This document shows, one piece after another, positions 48,449 through 59,735 of a stretch of 64,000 nt of DNA. The notes under the pieces were generated by a model. That model had not been told where the DNA came from. It made no database searches and saw only the letters and a program-made list of their open reading frames with translations. The stretch is from Hydrolagus colliei (lineage: Eukaryota): NCBI GenBank assembly GCA_035084275.1, contig CM068756.1, forward strand, positions 2,976,001 to 3,040,000, in the 5' to 3' direction. The position numbers and the translations under genes are program-made. The first letter of the stretch is position 1. Every line of letters starts with the position of its first letter.

Positions 48449-49079
48449 TTGAAAACAAATCTAAAGTTCAAAGCAGCAGAAATGCCCAAATAGGGAAATC
48501 CAATCCCAAAGCCTTTTCTTTTACACAGAACAAATCTGTCAGGAGAATATTTGGCCATCTCCAGCAGCCAAATTTGGAGGAGGGGGAATGGTGGGAGGTG
48601 GGGGGGAGATTTATCCCCCCACTCCCCCACCCTGTACTTTTAAGAACATCAGTGCCACCATAGACAAGAAATTGTAAGCAGGCCGTGAGTAAATGTTTTA
48701 CGGCGGCTCTTCCACCTGTGTCCGATTCCTCACTGCTTTTTATGATGTCGGATGATTTGGGAATAAATCTTGCGTTCAATGTTGGAACCTGCATTTTTTT
48801 TTAATATGCAAATTGATCATTCGTGACTGGGGACTCTTTCACCCCAGTAACGCTGTCATTTCTGGCTCAGGAACAGAACTTACTTTAATAGCCGACAGCA
48901 TCATGTTATGCTATTCAGCTCAGTCTCCTCGTATGCCAACCCAGGGCTTGTTGCAGGTTTCAGTAATATGCAAACAAGCTGCGCTCACCAGCATTTGACG
49001 TCAGTAACAATAATGATATTGGCAAACTTGCTCTCACTCCCTGGAGCTCCCTCCCAATATCCCTCTGCCTCCATCGTTT

Positions 49080-49385
49080 GGAAGAAATGCCGTGGAAAGG
49101 AGACCAAGGTCCATCTAGTTCTCCTTCCACTTTCCTGCTAGTCGTTTGCACATATGTCCTGAACCAAACTATGTACTATATCCCATAAAGTTATTTCCTA
49201 TCGGTCTGGATGAAGAGGGTCCCTTGAACCCATCGCAATCTCATCTTGAACACTCACCCTACCGTTCTAAGCATTGAGCTTTTTCCTTAAAAAAAACAAG
49301 GCCACCCTCCCTGGCCTCAACCACTCTTCCTGGAAACCTGTTCCAATTGTTAATTACCCTCAGGATAAAAAAAAAATCCTGGCAC
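49080..49385 (-). mobile_element. CR1 LINE 3' end fragments
   Basis: Minus translation FFILRVINNWNRFPGRVVEA (CR1 FFxxRVVxxWNxLPxxVVEA); gagaccaaggtccatctagt also recurs at ~59331. Confidence 0.85.
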
Positions 49386-52300
49386 CTGTCCATCACAACT
49401 TTACAACAACAACAATTTGCATTTATATAGAACCCTACAGACTCGGACAGCATCTCAGAAACTCTAAACCAGGAGCCCTAACTTACTGAAAACCATTTGC
49501 ACTGTGCCAAGCGAGTGATCCCATTTCTGAATTTTGACTCGCAGGGAATTGGTGATCATGTCATGGGAATTTTGTCCCATCTCCTGCTGAATGCTGTACA
49601 GGCAGGACGCACACATTTAACCTTGTCTATACCATGGTGATATACTGTAAGCCCTGTACCTCCTGAGTTCCAGCCACACAATGCTATAAACCTTCAACAT
49701 TTCCATCGCTCACACAAGTTACCATTCTACTACCACCTCTGCCATGCTTGGCACACCCGCTTAATAACAGTTAAAGTAATTTTAAAGAAAAGGGAAACTA
49801 TGGACTATATATTATAAGGAATAACAGATGTCTTGGCTGTGGAGTTAAGACAGTGATCAAATTTCAGGGTTGTGCTGGTGTTTGGAAACCTCTCTTGCTT
49901 CGCCTTCATGGTTTATGATCTTATCAGAACTGCTTGACTGAATTACTGCCTTGTAACTCACTGCCTGTGGTATTTGCAAAATACTTGCTAAGTATAATAA
50001 AACCTGTATTTCTAGTCACTTTGAATAAAACGTCCCAGTCAGGCTGCATCAAGTGGTCGTGTAGCTGGAACATTTCTTAAAGCAGGACAAATGGGCAGCT
50101 GTGTTTATACGTGATTATATTTTATACGGAACACAACACCCAGCGAGTGGAATTTAAATGCTTGCATGCTGCACTGCTCAAAGCTCTTAATGTAACACCT
50201 TGACGTTTTGCATACAAAATGCGCACATGCTGCACTTCACAGTAACATCCTGTCAAGTGCTTTGACAATATGATAAGACAATATATCAAGGATTAATATT
50301 ATCATAAGTAGGAAGGCTCTCTTGTCTTATCCTTATCCTTTTCCTTTCATTCCTCTCAACAAACGCTAACCGCAACTGTGCACTTGTGTAACAGTGCCTC
50401 TCACATACCACAACTCCCTTGAAGGCTTTTTTTTTGCGATCCAAGCAAGGAGAAGGCAACAGGCAATAGAACACAGTTTCAAGTGAAAGTAAGTGGGTTA
50501 TGAAAGCAGAGAGAGAAAGAATACCCTCTTTTAATTAATTAGCAGGTGCAACTTTTTAGTTGAGGATTTTATTCTGCAAAAATGTACACTGCATTTTTTT
50601 TAAATTGAATCGATTGCATTCAAGTGAGGTATTAAACAATAAAAGCAAATTGTTAGGGAAACAGGAGGAGGGTGGTGGGAATATTTAGTGGGAGAAAGAG
50701 GGTTTTAACAGCCTGACGTTGAAATCAGATCACTTTGCATTCAGGAACACTTCAAGCTCTGCTGCAGTATACAGAGTGCATGTGTGCTGAGGGATGTATG
50801 CTTCACTTGCACAGGAGATTGAAGTCATTCAGACAATTGCTGTTTGCCTCCGTAGCACGAGGTGGGTAAATACTGTCTCCCATCACCGTAAGAAACGTTC
50901 TTCCTCTTTAATACCAGTTGCACAACTTTCAATAGCTTTAGAGACATGCCCATTCTATTGCATACCTGTAATGTGTGAAGGACAATTCAGACTCAGGCAC
51001 AGACGGTAATACAGCAGAACCCTGTTATTTTAACACGGATTGATTTTTTGGTCTCTCAGCCCCATTGTTGGCGAACGCACCCCATTAAAAAGAAGAAGAA
51101 TCTTTGCGTTTGATATAGGGCGTTATCACATCATTCCAAAGCGCTTCCCGAGATGCAGTATAAAGTGGACAGAGACTAAAAAGCAGCAGAAAAAGATTTT
51201 AGTCATTTATTTTCGCTCCCCCCACCCCACTCCCCTCCCTCCCCCCAAAAAATCTAATTTGAAGTGAAAAACATTTTTGTTTCTCATACTCTCTACCCTC
51301 TTACTTTCGCAGAGAGAGAATGTCAAATTGGTTTGGCGACTGTGGTTCAGAAAATCAGAGCAGATTTTTTTTTTTTGCCTGGGATTAATGGCCACTGAGA
51401 ACTGGATTAAGACTTTCCTGAACTCCGTCCCCCAAGCAGCCATCAATGAGAGGAGACAATCATTCCATCTGTTTGGGCTCGATTCAATCCCAGGTCCCAA
51501 GGCCCTAAGAACAGTCTTTCATGACATGGGTAGTCGCTCCTTAACAGGGAAACGCAATAAAACCGGCGTCTGACTTTTGTTTTTGGCAACCTCATTAATC
51601 TACGTTGTAATTAAGAATGGAAGTGATTACGGGCAAAATCTACTCGTGGAAATGAACTAAACATGATCAGATTTCTTTAGAAATTGATTAAAATTTTGCT
51701 TTGACAATTTGTGCCAGACACTTAAAAATGCAGACTGTAGACCATTGGATGGAGCCAAAGAGTTTGACAGCTCAGGAAGGGGGGGGAACCATTTGACCAA
51801 ATCAGGTCTGCCCTGCGGGTGCACTGAACAGAAGTCTTACACCAAGGGGGGAAATAAAGGGTTGAAATGATTCCAATCGCTTTGATTCCTAAACGGGAAA
51901 CATATTTATTTCAGTGTTTAGCCACTACAGGTGCTGCCAAAACCAGAAGGAGGATCAAATCAATACTGATTTCAATTACAACGGGAATGATGTTTAGCTG
52001 TTGATCTGAAGCCTAACTTGAAGAGTTAGCTACAGGACTTTAAAACGTCCCTTTCCCTCTAGGCACAGCTTTTCGTTGATAAATTCATTCTCACCCACGG
52101 CCCCCGCACCCCCCCATTCTCTCTCCCCCATCAACACGCACAGGCAGCTATTGTTCCCCAGAAAAAAGTCCGAATTATCCCTCCCTTTCACAATCACCAA
52201 ATGACGTCTAAAACAATGAGAAACTGGAGCGTGGTGTATGGTGAATGAGTGCGCTATAATTGAAATTCCCAGTCACACTTAAGGCCCAAATTGTTTAAGG

Positions 52301-53479
52301 GCAGATGACAGTTGTGTTACAACATCACTGGAGATCTGTCAACCTGTGCTCTTAAAGTGACAGAATCTCGCTTACACCCCCTTACTCTGGGGGCAGAAAA
52401 CAATCACCAGGTGTTGATTTCACCCGCGCGAAAAAGCAGCAAGGTGTGAGATCGAGTTGCCAAATCAAGCGTTCCGGTTTACAACAAGACGTCATGTCAA
52501 TAACGCAGCCTGCTTTCACCTCACAGACGGCGCATTCTTCTCCACCGTCCGAGTTGACTCTGATCCTCTGAGTCTATCTGACACTCGAAAATGTGTTGGA
52601 ATATTTCACTTGAAATGTGTTTTTCTTCCCACCCCCCACCACTCTCGCCCGCGCTCTCCCTCCACCTCTCTAAAAGATGGAATTCTTGGCAGATCTATGC
52701 ACTTCAACCCAGTGGAATAGATTTTTCCGCTTGTGCAGTGTGAGCCCAATTGACTGGCCAACTCCTGGCAAAGAGTGAGTGGCCTGACAGACGGGCGGTT
52801 AATGGCTGACAGACAAAACCTAAATTGGGACGTGATCCATATTCTGCTGATTCCTGAGCTCCTGAAATCCACTCAGTTGAACATATAGTTGTTTCTTCTT
52901 TGTTAAAACCTTTGCTCGACGTCACGCGAGAACTTAGAATGACTCGCTTGTCAGAGTGGTGTGTTTTTGGAAGGCTAAATAGAATGTGTCGACACTGTAT
53001 GGCAGTGAAAGTAAACCTGAGACACTGCGCTCTAAGCCCAGACAGCGAGACGAGAGGATGCAGGTTTTGCAAGTTCAGAACAGCCACCAGGAAGTGTTTA
53101 TTTTTACTGAGTCAAATCAGCAGCTGGGATAGGAGATCAAGGGAGAATGGTTGAGACCAGTCGGGTTGTCTACAACAAGTGGCATTGATTGACTGGGATT
53201 TGAGACAATGATTTACACTAACCCCAGATCTGAATTAACTTTACAACGACAGTAGATGAAACGGTTTAATTTGCAAATCGGCTGCTGTGTCCGCCTACAA
53301 AAGTATACGAACACTGCACTCGACAGCGGATCACGTGAAGCACTTTGAGATGTCCTTCCGGCGTGAAAGGGCGCTGCAGTCAAATGCCAAAGATTCTATC
53401 CTTAAATCTCCGAAAATGATAAATGTGAGACTTGCCACCGGTTGCAATAGACGTGTGACAGGCTCGGACAGGAGTCACT

Positions 53480-53900
53480 GCCGATGAGAAAATGTCGACA
53501 GATGAAATATTGCTGCAAGATGACATTTTTATTTGTAGAAGTACTGTGAAGATTTTATTTAATGATTTAAAACCTTGTCTAAATTGCCCGCCTTGTGTTT
53601 GGATTAACCGAACCTCTGATAGTCTTTCTTGCTGGGAGCGTTTGTCATCACAGTAGATAAGGCTATTGCTGCTCTCACACACATGGTAGTGTGATCACTG
53701 TCTAGTATCAGACAACAGCTTGACTGTTTTATGGCTCTGTATCGTCTGCATCAAATACCGGTAGCTATTTGTTGTTTTTGGGGTCAGCTGTTGAAAACTT
53801 TGACTCGACAAATGGATAATCATTTTTATTTTAAAGAAAACACCTATCGTAAAGACATCGGCAGATAGAGTGGGAAAGAGAGATGAGATCAGGTGGGTCA
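53480..53900 (-). mobile_element. Possible decayed L1-like RT fragment
   Basis: Minus-strand look-alikes: VFFK, NSYR, IQT.GG..RQ...LNKIF...ISSVD...SA (cf. SYRPISLL...QTGF..GR...LDAEKAF). Weak. Confidence 0.25.
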
Positions 53901-54028
53901 AAGGGCCTTCTTCATCCGAACCGATCTTGTGAGAATTATCAGAAGACAAAAACTGGGGCAAACGTGTTTAAAGGAAGTCCGCACTTCACATCTTGTAACT
54001 TTTCTGTTCCATTCGAGAAATTCCCATT

Positions 54029-54330
54029 GGAGTCCTGTAGCTCAGTGGTTAGATCATTTGCCTTGCAAGCGTGAGACCTGTGTTCGAATCCAGGCAGTTC
54101 AGGGCAAAATCATGGGCAAGTTTCCGTACTCCACCCACCTAATAATAATCCCTCCAACAATCCACGACTGTTTATGGGAAACTGCTGTGCGCAATTGGCT
54201 GCCACATTTCACCCACAAATATACAGTCGATTCACTTTACAGTATATTCTGCGAAGCACTTTGAGATGTCTAGAAGACGTGAAAAGCTCTATATCAAATG
54301 CAAGGATTATTATATTATTATATTATTATT
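54029..54330 (+). mobile_element. Full-length young tRNA-SINE (small internal deletion); further tail at ~54405-54510
   Basis: ggagtcctgtagctcagtggttaga...gttcgaatccaggc...caaatgcaaggattattat. Confidence 0.95.
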
Positions 54331-54514
54331 ACTGAACACTGGATTCTTGATACTTTGTATTACCAGAGGTTCTGATTCTCATTAACCTGACATCTGAACA
54401 ATTTTTGCCTACAGTATACGGGGTCACCACACCGCACAGCAAATCCTATGGAGTGCTTTGAGATGTCTCGACGACATGACACAGCAGCAGTATCAAATGC
54501 AAGGATTATCAGTA

Positions 54515-54830
54515 AAGTGTTTCGCTCTAATTTATCTCGCTGTGGCAGAGAGCAGAAACCTTTGGCAGTGTTAACCCTGCTCTAATTGATGGCTCAGTGG
54601 GGTGACTTGATGCCAATAACCTCCTTGTACTCTCAATGGTTAGGACCTTTAATTAGCCAAATAAATCTTTGTCAAGTAACACCTGAAGCATTTGAACTGA
54701 CAAGTGACCCTCGGCTCCGCTAGCCTTACCAGAAGCCCTTTGTCCTCACCTTTGCCGGTTTGACGAGGGGTGAGTAGTGATTTTTATCTGGCCCTAATGC
54801 TCTCGTTTGGCTATCTCTCTTCCTATCTTT
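54515..54830. promoter_or_regulatory. Candidate enhancer-like unique block
   Basis: Repeat-free, with CTAATTTA, CTAATTGA, TTTAATTAG, TGACAAG, TGCCAA and CCTTTGT motifs. Untested. Confidence 0.3.
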
Positions 54831-55113
54831 GCCCTCTTTTGACTCACAAGGAGTAATTCTTCATTCTGGGCTTTGTCCCGGGCTATTTTATTTTATCCTC
54901 TCAGTTCTTCTTCAGCCATCCATTGAAATCTATCATTTTTCGACCTGTTTCAACGGACCGCAACGCTAGGGCCTTTAACATCTCTGACCGCATGCATTGC
55001 CCTTTAGCTCCGAGTTGAGTGATTGTCAGGGATACTTTCCATAATGCTTAAAGATTTTAGCTGTACTATTTTAAGTTTTTTTTGTTTGATACAATACAGT
55101 CAAAATAGTGTGT

Positions 55114-55435
55114 GGCTCCTATAGCTCAGTGGTTAGAGCACTCGCCTTACAAAGCGTGAGACTTGTATTTGAATCCAGGCAGGTCAGAGCGAAACTTTGG
55201 GCAAGTTTCCTTACTCTACACGCCTAATAATAATCCCTCCAAAAAAAACACAATAATAAAAATTGGTCATTTCAATCCACGCCTATTTGTGGGACGCTGC
55301 TGTGCGCAATTGGTTGCCGCGTTTCGCCCACAAATATCCAGTCAATTCACTTTACAGTACATTGTGTGAAGCGCTTTGGGACATCGATAAGATGTAAAAA
55401 GTGCTATATCAAATGCAAGGATTATTATTTTTATT
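55114..55435 (+). mobile_element. Full-length young tRNA-SINE
   Basis: ggctcctatagctcagtggttagagcactcgccttac...caaatgcaaggattatt. Confidence 0.97.
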
Positions 55436-55899
55436 AAACTGTTACAGGTGTTTGCTGTTAATCGCAGGTCCTGTGTGTTGACAGGCAAACGTGGTAAACA
55501 GCAAAGGTAAGAATTCTTTTTTCTCCTTTTTCTTATTTGATTACGGCGCCTTTCACATCGGGATAACCTCTCAAAGCCGTTCGCAGGATTTCACCGTGAA
55601 CCGTAGCGATTGTGTACGGACAGGCAAACCAGCAGGCAATTTGCACGCCGCAAAATACTCCGATAACAGAGTTATCATTTGACGCAAATCACCATCTGCA
55701 GGCCCCCTGCTGTTGAAAATGAAATCAATTGTTCCACGATTACAAGTGTAACATCTGAAACTGGCAGCATCAGTTCCATTCATTATTAAAATCAGCAGTG
55801 ATTGATCGATAGCATTCAACAGGCTTGATCTCAGCTTGGCTCGCTGGGCAGTCTCAGATTGATAACCGCAGTCAACTCTGTAGGGGAAGAGAAGCCAAG

Positions 55900-56190
55900 A
55901 GTTTCATATTGAGTGACTATCGCTCAACAACTTGTGTGGCCCGAATAGCTGTGGAGTAATAAGAGACGACTTCTCGGCAATTTGAATAAAATCACAACAG
56001 GAATACTTTCGCCCTTTCTCCACAAAGTAGGTGATGAGGACTTCTACAGTACTATCCCACCAGCAACCTCCGTCTGTCCCCAACGCAGTCATACCACAGC
56101 TGGTTACAGAGCTGTTCGAAGCTTGTCGCAGTGGCTGAACTGAAGTGTTCTCCTTCTGTTTTCTTTCTAAAGTCTCTTGAAATGTGGACC
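55900..56190 (-). mobile_element. Possible hAT (Ac/ZBED-like) transposase relic
   Basis: LERKQK...P...LGTD..CWWDSTVEVL..F.EK...IAEK...L.(ATQ).LS (cf. L..KQ...L.xDVxTRWNST..ML.R...L.PF..AT..LS). Confidence 0.35.
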
Positions 56191-57047
56191 TCAAGTTTGT
56201 ATGTGGTGCTTAAGTTGTGTGATTCCGTCCGCCCCGCTCGCTTACTCATTCGCTCCTTCTTCGCTTTGGACACCATTTAAAGTTTTGCTTGTTAAACCGT
56301 GCTTTCACTCATTTTCACCTCCCCACCAGCTCAGGTGCCTGATCAACAAGTGTGAATAAAGCACTTTGCGACATAATAACAGGAAAGGCACGATATAAAT
56401 GGGACCCAAATCCTTCCCTCACTCTCCATTCCACAAGTTCCCTCCCATCCCCAGATCAAAAGTGTGACTGTATATGTGTGCGCGTGCATATCAGGGGAGA
56501 CTGCGATGCTTCCTGTGCTCGGATGAGTTGACCTGTACTGCGTGGATTTACAGATGATAAATGACAGTGTGCTGGATGGGCAGGTGGGGGAGGGAGTGTA
56601 TCGGTAGCAGGGGCACAAGAGAGAGAGAGAGCAGTGATTCATTCAAGAGAAGACTAAAGAAAATTGGAGGTGTGGGGGGGGGGGTATGAGTGGTAAAAGT
56701 AATGTAACATGCCCCTTTGTTTTCTTCTTCTTCGTCTGTTTAGGAGACCAGCTTTCTAGCACTGAAGGATTTATCCACAAACTGTAAAAGCAAATTTATT
56801 ATTTGATCACGTCAAAGAAGAATTTTTTTTTACGTGAACTTAGTAAACAACCTGATCTGATGTGGAATGTTACTCTCTTCGAAACTGCCTAATTTGTAAT
56901 TTATTGTATTCTGCAATATATTTCCCCTCCTTCAGCAGTTGAGCAAAAATCTTTTGAGTTGTTGCTTGAAGTAAATAATAAAGAATAAAATGACCACCAC
57001 CCTCACTACCCCCACCTCCACGCCCACCCCCCAAATAATCTTCATAA

Positions 57048-57095
57048 ATTTAAAGTGCTATACGATTTACAGGTAAATCGTATAGCACTTTAAAT
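57048..57095. repeat. Perfect palindrome: 23-bp arms, 2-nt spacer
   Basis: atttaaagtgctatacgatttac-ag-gtaaatcgtatagcactttaaat, checked base by base. Confidence 0.98.
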
Positions 57096-57767
57096 AGCAC
57101 TCCCACCCCACCAAAAATGCAAAGAGTTTATTTCTGCTCTCTGTGGAATGATTCCTTCTACACTGAAGCGTTCCTTGTCAAAGAGAAATGATGATTGGTT
57201 TAAATCCCTCATTTTGACCCTCTCACCTCCAGCACAGTGAACATATGATAACAAGCTGGAAAGCAGGTCCCACTGGGACTGTGCTAAGGTCTGCAGTGGA
57301 TTAGGCATTCCAGAGGAACTCTCCAGAGAATAAATCAATAGGTAAACTTAGAACCAGCTGCAGAAGACTGTGGAAATCAGTAGTGTATCCCACCCAGAAA
57401 CTAAACACTCAGCTGTATGAAAAAAAACCTCAACAAATGAACAAAAACACAGCAATTTTAGCTAAAAAAAATTCCTGTGCTTTCAAAACCAAAAGCCACC
57501 GTCGCATAACTCCGAATTTTCTTTTTTTCTCTGTCCCTCCCATTGCACATATCTGCGGTAACAGTACAGGAAGGGTGTTCTGCTTGAATTAAACTATTGC
57601 CAGCACATTTTGAAAGTACTACTGTGCTAGCTAGCTCTCCCCTTCCTCAGCTTGGAAACTTTGCAGAGAGAATTTGACCATGTGGAACGAGTGGAATAAG
57701 GAACATCTCTCAAGTTGATTCTACAACAACAAATTAAGCTTGTACAGTATAGAGCTTTTATAATGTA

Positions 57768-57930
57768 CAATAATAATAATTCTCGCATTTGGTATAGTGC
57801 CTCATCATGTCTTTGAGATGTCTCAAAGTGCTTCACAGGATATACTGTAAAATGAATTGACTGTATTTTGTGGGCAAAATGCGAAAGCCAATTGCGCTCA
57901 GCAGTGTTTCACAAACAGTAGTGGATTGAG
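57768..57930 (-). mobile_element. 5'-truncated young SINE
   Basis: (aat)n tctcgcatttggtatagtgcc...tctcaaagtgcttcacagg...agccaattgcgc...cacaaacagtagtggattga. Confidence 0.9.
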
Positions 57931-58389
57931 TCGTGGATTGACACCTTTCAGCTCGGGAGGATGTCCTTGAAAATTGGCAGTGTTTATTGAAGCAGTCATT
58001 AAATTGAGCTGTGTTTAGCCAAACTTCTTAATCTCATATCTGCCTGGATTTTTTTCTAATTGGAAACCAACTCATGCTTTATTAATTACCATTTTATTGA
58101 AGGCAGTATCTGACAAATTCATTGGTAGCAACCACAGGATTGACCACAGCACAACAACAAATACAGTATAAATATTTGCAGGAGGTCGACGTAAATCACT
58201 GGCTGCTAAAGACTTAGAGACAGATCATAGTGAGAGAAGCAACCTACGGATAGGTGTTGGAGATGTGAATGCGGAAGCTAAACGGGGAGATGGAAACAGG
58301 GGATAGATAAGCTTGCATTAACAGCTGGGATGTATTGTATTGTAACATTAATTCCTATCAAATGCAACGATTATTATTTATCTATCAGC

Positions 58390-58650
58390 CGCTTCAGATG
58401 GGGATGTTAAAGATATCATGGTGCTATTTGAAAAGCCGAAGGCAGACTTTCTGTCCTGGCCATCAAACAAAATAAAATTGGTCACTCAATCGATGGTTGT
58501 TAGTTGGACACTGCTGTGGGCAAACTGGCTACCGCGTTTCACCCACAAAACACACAGTCAATCCACTTTACAGTATGTCCTGTTAACCGCTTTGAGACAT
58601 CTCAACAAAATGATAAGGGGCTATGTCAAAGGCAACAGTTATTATCGTTA
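58390..58650 (+). mobile_element. Old Deu-domain SINE (deleted)
   Basis: ttcagatggg.atgttaaagatatcatggtgctatttgaa...tgtcctggcc...ctgctgtgggcaaactggct.ccgcgtttc...cgctttgagacatc. Confidence 0.8.
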
Positions 58651-59300
58651 ATAAATTTGATGGGACATCCACGTTGATTGCAAACTTACCTCGACAATCT
58701 CTCCTCAGTTGACGTGCGCTTTCTGTTGGTCAGTCATGGAGCATAATTGGTAACAGTTTAGCAAATATCCGTGACCTGGACTGCCTGGCCTCTGAACTGA
58801 AGGAGAATAAATGGAGATGGATAGCCATGTGGGAAGATGAGATGAAATTAATTTAGGGGAGACATACTTTTGTTTCCACAAATTGGGTATGGTAATCTGG
58901 TTGGTATATCTCATAAGCCTTATCTGAGCTCCACATGAACCTTTGACTGATGGCTTTTTCTACGCCTGATCAGGGCAGGGAATGTATTCTTGGCAAATTT
59001 GTGCGTAGAAATACTTATTGTAATTGCATTTTCATTTACTCTTTGAGTAACATTTCCCCATATTTAAAGATAAGGGGAAGTTAGCACGAGCATACAGGAT
59101 AGTTAGTCTATTTTCAATCATCGGTCAATGCCAAACATTCCCAGTCACGCGCAGAAGAATCTATCTCGATTGACTGCTCACGGTACTCTGTCTCAAAGAT
59201 GTGCCTTTGCATTAACATTTCTTTACACACAAGGGTACTAACAGCTGAGACATATTCCTAGGAAGGATAGTAGAGCACAGGATACTGGACTCATTTAGCA

Positions 59301-59392
59301 ACATACGAACATAGGAATCCCTAGGCAAACGAGACCAAGGTCCATCTAGTCTGCCTTCTACCATCATGGTAGTCGCATGCTACAATAATGGA
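59301..59392 (-). mobile_element. CR1 LINE 3' terminus
   Basis: acatacgaacatagga...gagaccaaggtccatctagtctgccttctaccatc; same family as the fragment at 49080. Confidence 0.7.
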
Positions 59393-59658
59393 TGCAGGTC
59401 GATGCTGATGTAGGGTAGGCATTCTGAAAGGAGGAGATCGAATTTCAGGGTTTCTGCGAGTGGATTGCTCCTTGTGACCTTAGGAATCTATCACATCGTA
59501 CCATTTCTGGCCTCCTTGAATTAGGTCACTATTTGTGCCAAATCAGAGACATCTTTGTGCTGTCACTAGGATCAAAATGAACCATTTTTGGTTCATTGTA
59601 CCAAAATGATGATCGAGTGGGGCCACAATCCCGGTATTCTGATTCAATTCTAGAGAGA

Positions 59659-59735
59659 GCGAAACCTTGGGCAAGTTTCCTTACTCCACATGCCTGATAA
59701 TAATCCCTCGGAGGACAAAAAGCAATAATAAATAT
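59659..59735 (+). mobile_element. Internal fragment of young SINE
   Basis: gcgaaaccttgggcaagtttccttactccacatgcctgataataatccctc. Confidence 0.85.

Noticed and set aside
55448-55512. Small exon (acag|gtgttt...caaag|gtaaga)
   Set aside because: Plausible donor, but several competing weak acceptors next to a SINE tail and no recognisable peptide. Unsupported without RNA data.
6030-58650. Recurrent dispersed repeats as a CRISPR-like or other regularly spaced array
   Set aside because: Irregular spacing, both orientations, 5' truncation and (ATT)n tails are the hallmarks of retroposed SINEs.
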